Source: Thermoplasmata archaeon
GTDB taxonomy: Archaea > Thermoplasmatota > Thermoplasmata > Lutacidiplasmatales > UBA184
NCBI GenBank assembly: GCA_052326305.1
Contig: JBKQPJ010000008.1
Location: 28,498 to 92,497, forward strand
Length of the DNA: 64,000 nt
Reading direction: 5' to 3'
A model generated the notes under the pieces. That model searched no databases, had not been told where the DNA came from, and was given only the letters and a program-made list of their open reading frames with translations. Shown here piece by piece: positions 28,591 through 38,853 of the stretch (the first letter of the stretch is position 1; each line of letters begins with the position of its first letter). The translations under genes and the position numbers were made by a program.

Positions 28591-28702
28591 TGAGGAGATG
28601 CTCCGTCCACGAGCCAAGCCCCATGGCCGCCCAACCCCCACCCGCCTCAGAGGGCCGGGTCAGGTCGGGCCGGATTCCGGGGCAGCGTCGGCGATCCGAT
28701 CC

Positions 28703-28903
28703 CTAGTCGCTGCGGGGCTCGATCAATCGGATCCGGGTGAACCGGGGGTTCAGGTTCCCGAGCCGACTCGTGAGCCCGGCGAGGAACCTCCCCGCCGCCT
28801 GCTGCGGTGTGATGTACGTCTCGGAGGCATGGGTCTCGATGTATTCCACCTCGGGCAGTCCCGGGAACCGCACCTTCGCCGTGATCTCATAGGTCCACGT
28901 CAT
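28703..28903 (-). CDS. small hypothetical protein (66 aa)
   Basis: Compact ORF of normal composition in a gap between the ABC-2 cluster and the M13 peptidase. No motif. Confidence 0.25.
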   Translation of the reverse strand: MTWTYEITAKVRFPGLPEVEYIETHASETYITPQQAAGRFLAGLTSRLGNLNPRFTRIRLIEPRSD

Positions 28904-29111
28904 CGCGCCCCGCTCCGGGGGGTGGAGAGGGGCGGGTCCATATCACTCCGAGGCCGCCGCGTTCCGCTTCCCTTGACCTCGCCCGCGGGAGCGGTCCCTC
29001 CGGCGCCGGGGCGGGGAGTTCGGTCGACCTGCCCCCGACGCCTCGGACCGGATCGGACAGAAACCGTCATCCTCCCGACACGATAGGGAGCTCCCGGCAG
29101 GTGAGCCCCCT

Positions 29112-31151
29112 TTGGCCGTCCGCAAGAGCCGTGGTCGACCGGCCCCGACGAGGAGATCTCCCGCCCGTTCGCCCTCCGCGCCGCCGGACCGGAAGGTGCC
29201 GCGGTTCTCGGTCGACCACATGGACCGCACGGTCGATCCGACCCGCGATTTCTATGCGTACGCGACGGGAACCTGGGCCCGGAAGAATCCGGTCCCTGCC
29301 GACAAATCCCGATGGGGCTCTTTCGGCGAGCTGATCGAGCGCAACTTCGGACTGCTCCGGATTATCCTGGAGGAGTCGAGATCGGACCGCCGCGCGCCGG
29401 CCGAGTCGGCGCGGCGCAAGGTCGGCGACTTCTTCGCGTCCGCCATGGACACGAAGCGACTGGACTCGCTTCGGTTCGAGCCGATCGCGGACGACCTCCG
29501 TCGGGTCGACGGGATCCGGTCGACCCGGGAGCTGGGAGAGGCGCTGGCGGACCTCCACCGCCAGGGGATCGACGGGCTGTTCGAGACGGCCGCGCTCGCC
29601 GATCGGAAGAACAGCTCGGTGTATGCCTTCTACCTCTGGCAGGGCGGGCTTTCGCTCCCCGACCGGGACTACTACCTCAAGGAGGAGTTCGCCGGTGCGC
29701 GCGCGGGATTCCTCGCCCACGTCCAGCGGATGTTCGAGCTCCTCGGGGAGCTTCCCGGGAAAGCGCGGCGGCACGCCGCCACGGTCCTCGACCTCGAGAC
29801 GGGCCTCGCGCGCGTCAGCCGGACGGCGACGGAGCAGCGGGACGCGGTCAAGAACTACCACCGGTTCGGGCCGGTCCGGCTGGCCCGGCGCCTCGCGAAC
29901 TTTCCCTGGACCGCGTATCTCGCCCGTCGCGCCGTCGGCCGCCTTCCCTACCTCGTGGTCGGGCAACCGGAGTTCTTCGATGGGATGGACGCCCTCCTCG
30001 ACGAACACGACCTCGAGTCGTGGAAGGTCTACCTCCGCTGGCATCTTCTCCACGACGCCGCCCCGTACCTTCACGCGCCCCTCGAGGCGGAGGATTTCGC
30101 CTTCTTCCGCCGAAGCCTGCTCGGCCAGCCGACGCCCGAACCGCGCTGGAAGCGCGCCGCGATCGCGATCGATCAATGCCTCGGAGAGGCGCTGGGGCGG
30201 CTCTACGTCGAGCGCCACTTCCCTCCGGAGGCCCGGGCGCGGACCGGGCAGCTCGTCGCGGACCTGCGCGAGGTGTTCCGTGACCGGCTGTCCCGCCTCG
30301 AGTGGATGACCGGCCCGACGCGGCGCCGGGCCCTCGCCAAGTTCGCGCGCTTCACGTCCAAGATCGGCCACCCCGACCGGTTCCGCGACTATCGCCCCGT
30401 GCGGATCTCCCCGACCGACCTTTTGGGGAACGTCCGGCGGGCCGGGGCGTTCGACGTCCAACGGAGGGTCGACCGGGTGGGGAAGCCCGTGGATCGGACC
30501 GAGTGGGGGATGACGCCGCCGACGGTCAACGCCTACTTCAACGCCACCCAGAACGAGATCGTGTTCCCCGCCGGCATCCTCCAGCCGCCGTTCTTCGACG
30601 TCGCGATGGACGACGCGGTGAACTACGGGGGGATCGGCGCGGTCATCGGCCACGAGATCACCCACGGATACGACGACCAGGGCCGGCGGTTCGACCCGAA
30701 CGGGAACCTGCGCGACTGGTGGAGCGGACGGGACGCGACGGCGTTCCAAGCGCGCGCCCGGAGGATCGTGAAGGAGTACGACGGGTTCGAGGCGCTGCCC
30801 GGCCGGCACGTCAACGGCTCGCTGACCCTCGGCGAGAACATCGCGGATTTCGGAGGGGTGAGCATCGCCTACGAGGCCCTCGAGCGCCGCCTCTCCAAGG
30901 AGCCGAGGCGCCGCCGGACCGTCGACGGACTGTCGCCCGAGCAGCGCTTCTTCATCGCGTGGGCGCAGATCTGGCGCGAGAACTGCCGCGCGCCCGAACG
31001 GCGGCGCCGGTTGACGGTCGACCCGCACTCGCCCGGGAGGTTCCGCGCGATCGGTCCGATCACCAACTTTCCCGAGTTCTATGCCGCGTTCGACATTCCT
31101 CCGGGGGCCCCGATGCGTCGATCCCCGGCGGCCCGGGTGACGATCTGGTAG
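29112..31151 (+). CDS. M13-family zinc metalloendopeptidase (neprilysin/PepO-like)
   Basis: VIGHEITHGYDDQGRRFD (HExxH), downstream ENIADFGG (ExxxD) and the characteristic N-terminal M13 domain (NPVPADKSRWGSF). The true start may be at the internal Met (MDRTVDP). Confidence 0.85.
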   Translation: MAVRKSRGRPAPTRRSPARSPSAPPDRKVPRFSVDHMDRTVDPTRDFYAYATGTWARKNPVPADKSRWGSFGELIERNFGLLRIILEESRSDRRAPAESARRKVGDFFASAMDTKRLDSLRFEPIADDLRRVDGIRSTRELGEALADLHRQGIDGLFETAALADRKNSSVYAFYLWQGGLSLPDRDYYLKEEFAGARAGFLAHVQRMFELLGELPGKARRHAATVLDLETGLARVSRTATEQRDAVKNYHRFGPVRLARRLANFPWTAYLARRAVGRLPYLVVGQPEFFDGMDALLDEHDLESWKVYLRWHLLHDAAPYLHAPLEAEDFAFFRRSLLGQPTPEPRWKRAAIAIDQCLGEALGRLYVERHFPPEARARTGQLVADLREVFRDRLSRLEWMTGPTRRRALAKFARFTSKIGHPDRFRDYRPVRISPTDLLGNVRRAGAFDVQRRVDRVGKPVDRTEWGMTPPTVNAYFNATQNEIVFPAGILQPPFFDVAMDDAVNYGGIGAVIGHEITHGYDDQGRRFDPNGNLRDWWSGRDATAFQARARRIVKEYDGFEALPGRHVNGSLTLGENIADFGGVSIAYEALERRLSKEPRRRRTVDGLSPEQRFFIAWAQIWRENCRAPERRRRLTVDPHSPGRFRAIGPITNFPEFYAAFDIPPGAPMRRSPAARVTIW

Positions 31152-31269
31152 GCTCGAAAGGGTCCCCCGGGGGCGCCGGCGAGGGTCGAACTCGGGCCCG
31201 AGTGAGTGCCACCACCGCTCCGCCGGTGCTCTCTTAGCCGTCCGAAGCCCGCGGCTCCCGGGAACGACG

Positions 31270-31647
31270 ATGGGCGGGTCGGAGTGGCACCGTGCCGGCG
31301 TGCCCGTCGGGCCGGCGGAAGGCGCGACCCAGTGCGTCGATCTCGCGGGACTCGGCCGGATCCTCCTCGTCCGCTCGGGAGGCCATCTCTACGCGACCCA
31401 GCAGAACTGCGGCCACATGCGCATGCCCCTCTGCGATGGCAAGGTCGACGGGACGCTCCTAACGTGCCCGCTCCACAAAGCCCGTTTCGACCTCAGGACC
31501 GGCGTCCCGGTACGCGGTCCAAGGGTGCCCGGCCTATTCGCCCGGACGAAGCTCGGCCGGGGGATCCTCGCCGTGCCGACCGATCCCCTCCAGACGTTCG
31601 ACGTCGAGATGCGTCCGGACGGTCTGTATCTCCGACGCAAGGCGTAG
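31270..31647 (+). CDS. Rieske [2Fe-2S] ferredoxin-domain protein
   Basis: CGHMRMPLCDG ... CPLHKARFDLRTG gives the CxH-(15-17)-CxxH Rieske ligand pattern. Confidence 0.75.
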   Translation: MGGSEWHRAGVPVGPAEGATQCVDLAGLGRILLVRSGGHLYATQQNCGHMRMPLCDGKVDGTLLTCPLHKARFDLRTGVPVRGPRVPGLFARTKLGRGILAVPTDPLQTFDVEMRPDGLYLRRKA

Positions 31648-31821
31648 GAGTCGGTCGACCCCTCGATCCGGCAGGGTCCTTCCTTCGCTCCGAGGCCGAA
31701 TCGCTTCGGGCTCGCGGACCCCCCGCCAGGGCGGGGGCGGATCGCCCGAACGGATCGGTACTGTCCCGGTCCCGAGCAAGCGGGATGGCTCGCTCCTGTC
31801 GAGGGTGGGAGGCGATGGCCG

Positions 31822-32805
31822 TCAGAGCTGCGGAGCGTACGACCAGTTGAGCTCCAGATACTCGACCTTCGGGCAGGAGGTCAGATTGGCCGCGTACACC
31901 CACGTCGAGCCCCCGCTCCCCTCAAAGGTGACCCCCCCCGACGTGCCGCTCTCCTCGATCGTCCAGCTCGCGTAGCGGGAGTTCGGCGGGTCCTGGAGGA
32001 CCTCGACCCAGATCTCCGAATGGCGAGCGGAGGCCCATCTCAGGTGGACCAGGGAGTAGGGAGGGAAACCGTCCGGATATGGCTGCGCCCCCACCCCATG
32101 GGTAGGGACCCCGCCACAACCGACGATCTCCTGCCGAGAGGATCCGGTGCTCGGATAGTACCATCCGGGGAGGACGCCGACCGAGAGAAGCAGGACGACG
32201 GAGAACACGACCGCACCGGCCCCGAGCACGGTGGGGCCGACGCGCGGGTCCCTCCCGGCTCGGGGCCGGCGGCCCGGGTCCCGTGGGAGGAGTTCGCGGG
32301 TGCCCAGGGCGAGCCCGATCACGAGGAGCAGAGCCCCGGCCAGGATGGCTCCCACGGCCGGGAGGGCGGCCGGTGTGGTCGAAGAGCTCTGCTGGTACCC
32401 CGGACCGAAGTAGAGGGGAACGAGGCCACCGACCAGCACGAGGGCCCCCGACGTGGACACCAGCAACGGATTCCACCAGGCTCGAGCTCCGGTCGGCGGG
32501 GAGGCAAGAGCCTTTGTCGGTCCCGGACCGCTCGATGTCGCCGGGCTTTTCGACGGCCCCGGAGCGGGAGGTTCGCCGGTCATCTCCCCGCCGATCGAGA
32601 GCCCCCGGGGGACTATACATTCCCGGTCGCATCCGCACGCGAGGTCGCTCGTCCCGGGAGGTACGTTCCGGACGGGTGCCGCCCGCGGGCAGGCCCCGGG
32701 ACACATCCCCCGAGCGACCGGCGACGCCTCGCACCCGACCCCCCGGGCGCGAGGAGCGCCGTCGACAACCGCGCCCCGCTGGATAACGTCGCACGACGAA
32801 TTCAT
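31822..32805 (-). CDS. hypothetical membrane protein (Cys-rich N-terminus, two or more TM helices)
   Basis: Hydrophobic segments LVLVGGLVPLYF, AILAGALLLVIGLAL and VVFSVVLLLSVGVL. Cys cluster CPGACP...CGCDREC near the N-terminus. The start is uncertain. Confidence 0.4.
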   Translation of the reverse strand: MNSSCDVIQRGAVVDGAPRARGVGCEASPVARGMCPGACPRAAPVRNVPPGTSDLACGCDRECIVPRGLSIGGEMTGEPPAPGPSKSPATSSGPGPTKALASPPTGARAWWNPLLVSTSGALVLVGGLVPLYFGPGYQQSSSTTPAALPAVGAILAGALLLVIGLALGTRELLPRDPGRRPRAGRDPRVGPTVLGAGAVVFSVVLLLSVGVLPGWYYPSTGSSRQEIVGCGGVPTHGVGAQPYPDGFPPYSLVHLRWASARHSEIWVEVLQDPPNSRYASWTIEESGTSGGVTFEGSGGSTWVYAANLTSCPKVEYLELNWSYAPQL

Positions 32806-32828
32806 CTGGGAGGGAGCGATGCGGGCTC

Positions 32829-33701
32829 ATGGCCGCGCGGTTCTGCTCGCACTGCGGACGCCCGGTCCCCGCGAACGCCAGCTTCTGCGCCTCGTGCGGG
32901 GCGGCCGTCGCGTCGACGTACGCCCCCCCGTACGCGCCCACGGCCCCGCCAGGGGTGGCCCCTCCGCTCTCGTTCGGGTCCCCCGCCCCATACTCGCCGT
33001 ATCCCCCTCGCTATCCGAGACCTGCCGAGACCGCTCCGGGCTCGCCCGAAAGCGACCGAAGCGCGCTCTCGAACGTGACCCTCGCCGCGATCCTCGGCCT
33101 GGTGGCGGCGGCGCTTTCCTACGTCTGGCTGTTCGCGAGCCCCGCGACGTCGCTGTTCGGCGCCAGCGCGGTCGGCTCTTCGACCTCCGTCACCCTGAGC
33201 CTCGCGGCCCTCTACTATGTCGTCGGCGTCGCGGGCGTGGGAGTGGTCATCGGGCTGCTCGAACTGTGGATCTACCGGCAGGCGTTCGCCACCCTCGCCG
33301 TCCACGATCGGAGGTTCTCCACTCCCGCGGCGCTGGTCCTGATGGCCCTTGTCGCCGTGATGATACTTGCCGTGATCGGGGCCGCCCTGGTGACGGTGCT
33401 CTACGAGGCGGTCACCTGCGCGGGGGTAGGAAACCCGATCACTTCCTCTTGCCTGAACGTCGGGACGTTGTTGGGCCTCATCCTCCTGTCCGGCGTGGTA
33501 GCGATCATCGCCTTCGTCGGCTACATCGGCCTCTTGCTGGGGATCTGGCGGCTCGGGTCGTACTTCGACGAGGATACGTTCAAGATCGGGGCGATCCTCC
33601 TCATCATCCCGCTCCTGAACTTCGTGGGACTGATCCTGATCCTCGTCGCCGCGCGCTCCGCCGCACGGAAGATCGACGGCCCTCCGGGCTACCGGTTCTG
33701 A
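32829..33701 (+). CDS. zinc-ribbon plus DUF973-like multi-pass membrane protein
   Basis: N-terminal CSHCGRPV...CASCG zinc ribbon, a Pro/Tyr-rich linker, then four or five TM helices. Confidence 0.55.
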   Translation: MAARFCSHCGRPVPANASFCASCGAAVASTYAPPYAPTAPPGVAPPLSFGSPAPYSPYPPRYPRPAETAPGSPESDRSALSNVTLAAILGLVAAALSYVWLFASPATSLFGASAVGSSTSVTLSLAALYYVVGVAGVGVVIGLLELWIYRQAFATLAVHDRRFSTPAALVLMALVAVMILAVIGAALVTVLYEAVTCAGVGNPITSSCLNVGTLLGLILLSGVVAIIAFVGYIGLLLGIWRLGSYFDEDTFKIGAILLIIPLLNFVGLILILVAARSAARKIDGPPGYRF

Positions 33702-33864
33702 GTCGGAACATGGCAAAACGCCGACCTCCGCCGGTCGACGCCTCCGGCCCGCCCTGACTCTCCTCGGGCCAGAAGGTCGCAGGGCCGAGCGGCCGCCGCG
33801 CCGGGTCGCGGGGTAGCTCCGGGGAAACCCTGATGACGAAGGAGCCTCATCGGGTTCCTCCGGG

Positions 33865-35391
33865 ATGCCGGAGAGATCGGACGGGCCATCCGCTCCGGCC
33901 TCCGGGCCGTTCGACCCCCTCGGCCATCTGGCCGCGTTCGTCTCCGGCCCGGTGCCGCGCATCCTCCTCGTGAAGGGGCCGAGCGGCTCGGGCAAGAGCA
34001 TCCTCGTCCGGAGCCTGGTCGAGCGACTCACCGACTCCCTCCTCCTGATCGCCTACCGGACCGGTCCGTCGGATTCCGGACCGCCGGCCACGGCCGACGT
34101 CTCGCTGCTGCTGGTCGACCGCGGTCGGGTCTCTGGGGCCGGCGGAAATGGTCCCGACGCCCCTTCGACTCCCGGCGCCTCGGTCAACCCCCCTCGGGCG
34201 GCCTCGGCCGAGCCCCTCCCCGAGCCGATCCGGGCGGCGATCGCCCGGCTGGCGGAGACCGGCTCCGGGGTCGTCGTCATCGACGCCTGGGACCGGGCGA
34301 CCGAGGAGGCGTTCCGGTCGTTGGGGAACGGGACGGTCGACTCCGCCCACGTGACGTCGCCCATCGCGACGTTGCGGGCCCACCTCGGCCGCTTCCCTCT
34401 CCATGCCATCGTCACGGTGGCGGGGCCCGTGGACCCGGGATTCGACTCCGTCGCGGACGGCGTTCTCGAGCTCGGGACGGAGCCGCTCGACACCGCTCAG
34501 GTGCGGGTCCTGACGGTCGCCACCCTGCGCGGGGCGTCCCGGCTGGACACGCATTTCCTCTACTCCCTCGGCGGCGGACGGTTCTACACGCCGACCGGCC
34601 ATCGACCGGGGTACCTGGGCGCGGCGGGGCCCGCCGAGCCGGAGCCGGATTCCCAGGAGGGGACGTCCTGGCCCGGCTCCGTCGCTTACGCCCGCGCCTT
34701 CGGACGGTTGCGGCACCACGGGTTGACGGCGATCGAGTTCACCGAGCACACCGCGTTCCCGCTCGCCGACGTGCTGCTCCTGCCGATGGTCGCCTCGGTC
34801 GTGCGCTCCGGGGGCCGGGTGGTCTGGGTCCCGGGCGGCACGGCGACCCCGGCACGCGTCGCCGCGATGCTCGGGCGGTTCCTCCCCGAGGAGGCGATCG
34901 CGCAGAGCGTGCGGGTCCTCTCGGGGAGCTCGACCGATGCCGTGGCCCCGGCGCTCCGGCCGCTGGTACTCGTCCCCAAGCGGGCCGGCCCCGGCGCGGC
35001 GGCCCGGTCGTCCGACCCCGACCGCGTCGTCCCGCTCTTCCCCGAGGCCTACCAGTTCCTGCGCGACCGGCGGTCCGAGGGCCCCGCGATGTTCCTCCTC
35101 TCGATCGACGGCCTGAGCGCGCTTTCGACGGTCACCGGGAACGTCTACGACCCCGCGACCTTCCCCCTGATCATCTCCTCCTACGCCCGGTTGGGCCAGT
35201 TCCATGGGATCGGGTACGGCCGGCAGGACAGCCCTCTCACGAAGGCGATCCTCCCGGCGGTCGACGTCCATCTCCGGGCCCACGAGATCTACGGCCGTTC
35301 GGTCCTGGTCGGGATCCGGCCGCGCACTCCCGCGTACATCCTCGACTGGACGGAACCCGACGGGCGGTACTCGCTCGTTCCCGTCGAGTGA
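33865..35391 (+). CDS. two-domain KaiC/GvpD-like RecA-superfamily ATPase
   Basis: ILLVKGPSGSGKSILVRSLVE Walker A and VVVIDAWD Walker B in domain 1. A second degenerate RecA-like domain follows. Confidence 0.6.
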   Translation: MPERSDGPSAPASGPFDPLGHLAAFVSGPVPRILLVKGPSGSGKSILVRSLVERLTDSLLLIAYRTGPSDSGPPATADVSLLLVDRGRVSGAGGNGPDAPSTPGASVNPPRAASAEPLPEPIRAAIARLAETGSGVVVIDAWDRATEEAFRSLGNGTVDSAHVTSPIATLRAHLGRFPLHAIVTVAGPVDPGFDSVADGVLELGTEPLDTAQVRVLTVATLRGASRLDTHFLYSLGGGRFYTPTGHRPGYLGAAGPAEPEPDSQEGTSWPGSVAYARAFGRLRHHGLTAIEFTEHTAFPLADVLLLPMVASVVRSGGRVVWVPGGTATPARVAAMLGRFLPEEAIAQSVRVLSGSSTDAVAPALRPLVLVPKRAGPGAAARSSDPDRVVPLFPEAYQFLRDRRSEGPAMFLLSIDGLSALSTVTGNVYDPATFPLIISSYARLGQFHGIGYGRQDSPLTKAILPAVDVHLRAHEIYGRSVLVGIRPRTPAYILDWTEPDGRYSLVPVE

Positions 35392-35503
35392 CGGTCGGCC
35401 GAGCGCCCCGGACCGGGGAGAGGCGCAGCGTTCCCCACCGGGGGCCGGCCCGAGCTGTTAAGCGGTAAGGACCCCGTCGGACCCGGGCTCGTGGAAGGTT
35501 CGA

Positions 35504-36286
35504 ATGCGCGGGGCTCCCGAAGGATCGCCCGAGACGGTCGTGCCCCTCGAGGGCGCCGAGCCGCTCGCCGGCCTCGACCCCCGTGAGATGTCGAGCTTCT
35601 TCGCCCCGTTCCTCCTCCATTTCATCGCGGAGAACGTCCGCACGGGCGGGACGGTGATGCTCGCCCGGGGCCCCTCCCGGGTCGACGGGATCCTCCTGCG
35701 CCGCGACCCGGAGCGGGTCGGATCGATCTTCGCGCGCCGCCGGGACGCCGCCGTAGCGCTGTACCGGAGCCGCGGCCGGCTGTCGGTCTTCTCCGAGTTC
35801 CGGCTCGAGGACAACGCGGAGCCCTACCCCGTGTACTCGGCCGAGATGGCGGGATGGGAGATCCCCCACCGCTTCGCCCACCCCGTCCGGGCGGCCCGGG
35901 CGGCCGACGTTCCGCCGGTCCTCGAACTGATGCGCGAGGTCTACGGTCGGGTCGACGAGAGCTGGTTCCGGGCGCCCGCCGTTCCGGAGGAGCGGTGCTT
36001 CCTCGCCGAGGTCGCGGGCCGGATCGCGGGCGCGGCCTGGGTGACGGTCGTTCAGCGCCACGGCCGCCTCCACTCGCTTTCGGTGGCCCCGCGTTACCGG
36101 CGTCTCGGGATCGGCGCCGACCTCTGGCACGCCCGGATGATGTACGCCCGCGCCGCCGGGGCCCTGCGGGTCGTCACGGAGATCGCCGAGACGAACGTCG
36201 CCTCCCGCGCGATCGCCACCGCCGGAGGGATGCAGCGGATCGGCCAGGTGTTCGAGCACCGTCCGGACGACGGGGCGCGCTCCTAG
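35504..36286 (+). CDS. GNAT-family N-acetyltransferase
   Basis: C-terminal AAWVTVVQRHGRLHSLSVAPRYRRLGIGADL is the acetyl-CoA binding motif A (Q/RxxGxG/A). Confidence 0.7.
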   Translation: MRGAPEGSPETVVPLEGAEPLAGLDPREMSSFFAPFLLHFIAENVRTGGTVMLARGPSRVDGILLRRDPERVGSIFARRRDAAVALYRSRGRLSVFSEFRLEDNAEPYPVYSAEMAGWEIPHRFAHPVRAARAADVPPVLELMREVYGRVDESWFRAPAVPEERCFLAEVAGRIAGAAWVTVVQRHGRLHSLSVAPRYRRLGIGADLWHARMMYARAAGALRVVTEIAETNVASRAIATAGGMQRIGQVFEHRPDDGARS

Positions 36287-37332
36287 GTCCGGGGCGCCCC
36301 GCACTTCGGGCAGGCCGTCGCGGTCGTGTCGATCAGCGTGCCGCAGTAGCGGCAGTTGACCTTCACCGTCTCCCGCATCACGATCTGCTGGACGGCCGGC
36401 TCGCCCGACGGGATCAGGCCGATCGGCGGAGGCGGCGGCCCGGCCGGCCCCGCGCCCGGGAAGTAGTTGACCCGGCCCCCGGCCGAGTGCTGGGGTAGCG
36501 TCGTTCGCCGCCGGGACCGCAGGTACAGGGAGATCACGACGACCACGACAAGCACGCCGAGGAGGATCAGGCCGAGGAGGAGAAGGGGGGAGGGTCCGGT
36601 CGAGGAGGCGGGGGGAGCGGCCGCCGGCGTCAGCGGGTAGCTCGTGTGGGTGACGGTCAGCTCGTCCGTCCAGGTGAACCCGTCGCCCGCGAGGTCCCGG
36701 TCCTGCTCGGTGTAGACGTAGCCGACGATGTACCCCGTCGCGGGGTCGAAGTACGCCGTCCAGGTGTACTTGGCCGTGAAGATGCCGTAGGAGTCGTCCC
36801 GGCCGAACGCCCCGGTCCCGAGGGCGGAGATCGTCGCGACGTAGCCCGTCCGGCTCGAGGAGAGCGGGAAGCTCGCGTCCCGTGAGGTGACGTTGAGCTC
36901 CGTGTCGAGCAGGTAGAACGAGCTACCGACGCCGGTCGCGTTGTTGATGTAGTACCAGACGAACGGGGCGGTGTAGTTGTACTGCCCGTCCGTCCCGGAT
37001 ACGTAGTTCAGGTACTGGAACGACGACGCGGAGAAGTTGTAATCCCCGTTCGTAGGGGACCGCAAGACCTCCGAGCCCCCTTGGTTGTTCACCCAGTGGT
37101 CGGTGAAGTTGTCGTAGGCCGACGTCACGTCGCCCGCCCGGGCGGTCACGTTCTCGGTCCCGTTGATCCACTGGTGCTCGGTGTACCCGCTGTAGTTCCC
37201 GACCCCGTTGTCGAGGACGACCGTCTCGCGGTAGGTGAACCCGTCGCCGGCGGTGGGAAGGTAGTGCGGCCCCGTGACCAAGGCCGGCGCCGCGACGAGG
37301 AGAATGGCGAGGAGCGCGAGCTTCGGGATCAT
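36283..37332 (-). CDS. secreted N-glycosylated protein with C-terminal TM anchor and cytoplasmic zinc ribbon
   Basis: ATG at 37330-37332 (MIPKLALLAILLVAAPALV signal peptide). Many N-x-S/T sequons. LLLLGLILLGVLVVVVVISLYL TM near the C-terminus, then CRYCG...CPKCG. The start overlaps the upstream stop (ATGA). Confidence 0.65.
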   Translation of the reverse strand: MIPKLALLAILLVAAPALVTGPHYLPTAGDGFTYRETVVLDNGVGNYSGYTEHQWINGTENVTARAGDVTSAYDNFTDHWVNNQGGSEVLRSPTNGDYNFSASSFQYLNYVSGTDGQYNYTAPFVWYYINNATGVGSSFYLLDTELNVTSRDASFPLSSSRTGYVATISALGTGAFGRDDSYGIFTAKYTWTAYFDPATGYIVGYVYTEQDRDLAGDGFTWTDELTVTHTSYPLTPAAAPPASSTGPSPLLLLGLILLGVLVVVVVISLYLRSRRRTTLPQHSAGGRVNYFPGAGPAGPPPPPIGLIPSGEPAVQQIVMRETVKVNCRYCGTLIDTTATACPKCGAPRT

Positions 37333-38852
37333 CCGACGGACCCGCCAAAGCCGTGGGCGTGGCCCGGGTGCGCGCCGCCGAGGCCGCTGTAGGTCGAGTA
37401 GTACGAGCCGTGCAGCACGATGATCGGGACGAAGAAGAACCGCTGGGTCGGCAGGTAGGTGAACCCGGCCGGCGCCTTCGCCGCGGCGGCGGTCGAGTCG
37501 AGGCCCCGGACCGTCTCGGTGCGGATGCCGTGGACCATGCGGACCGCGAGGCAGATCAGCTCGGCCTGGGTCATCGGCATCGCCCGCCGTCCGATGATCT
37601 CGTAGGCGTGCTCGAGGAGGTTCAGGGTCTCGTTCGCCTCGAGCACCGGGATCGAGGCGAGGATCGCCGAGGCGACCAGCGGATACTCGAGGTACTGGAT
37701 CAGCCCCCGGGAGAGGATCGTGAGCTTGGTCGAGATGCCGTCCGCCGGCAGGTCGGAGAGAGTAAGGTAGCTCGAGGCGAGCTCGACGTCCTCGGACGGC
37801 TGGTATCCCCACGACTGGAAGAGCGCGCGCAGCTGGCCGAACTTCCCGGCGACCTCCTCGAACGGACGGTTCAGGATCGCGAGGAGCCCCGCCGACTCGT
37901 AGGAGGGGGTGAGCCGCAGGAAGTTGGCGAGCTCGGGGAGGGCGAACGAGCCGTCCTGGCGCTGGCCCAAGAGGACGATCGAGGCGACGCCGAGCGAGGA
38001 CTCCTTCGGGACCCCCGCCTTGCGCACGCTGACCTCGAGCTGGCCGAGCATCGGAACGGTCTCCGCGGGCGGCCGGGGAAGGGCCGAGAGGATCTCGGCC
38101 GACAGTAGACGGTTCTCGTCGTTGTGGGCGAGGCCGCCGATCGCCCCGTAGGCGGAAAGGAACGCCCCTGTGCCCTGCGCCACGTCGGCCTGCGTCTTCG
38201 ACAGGCCGACGGCGATCGCCCAGAGGTACGATCGGTCGGAGCTCGGGAGCCGTCCGTAGAGCTGAGCGAAGTAGGAGGCGCTGCGCGAGCCGATGTCGTT
38301 CAGCTCGTGGTCGACCTGCTGGACCTCCTGCCAGTACGCGCCGAAATCGACGTCCGAGGTGCGGTAGAGGCGGAGCCCGAGGTCCCGCCACTGCATCGCG
38401 CCGAACCCGGTGAGGCCGACGTACCCGCCCCCGTACGGCGTGAGGGAATCCATCACCGAGCGCTGGGCCAGAAGGGCCTCGAACTGCTGCTGCCGGGCGA
38501 CGAGGTCCCCGTCGAGGGATCTCAGGGCCGCCGCATCCTTCGCCTCCTGGGCGACCTCCGTCTCCCGGCGGGCCTGGCCCTCGAAGTGGAACAGGATCGA
38601 GTGCGTGCGGGCGTCCTCGGCCCGGACCTGGGAGGCGAGCCGGTAGCGGTCGGAGGCCTCCTGGCCGATCGCACTGCGCCGGGCGTCGAGCGTCCCGAGG
38701 TCCTGCGCCAGCTGCGTGTACTGGGCCGAAGTCACGACCTGGACGATCCCGAGCTGGCCCAGGTTCGCGAGGTCGGCGTCGGGCAATGCGGCGGTCGCGG
38801 TGCGGTGGCGGACCCCGTCGAGGAACGCGTACACGTCCTTGCAGCTCGTCAC
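37332..38852 (-). CDS. hypothetical protein (about 507 aa)
   Basis: The track ORF 37329-39398 has a wrong-frame Ser/Arg/Thr-rich N-terminus overlapping the upstream gene. A plausible GTG start at 38850-38852 sits just after the upstream stop. The remainder is non-repetitive. Confidence 0.45.
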
Positions 38853-38853
38853 G

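Noticed and set aside
29067-31028. 653-aa minus-strand ORF
   Set aside because: Antisense to the M13 peptidase gene, which has HExxH/ExxxD motifs. No features of its own.
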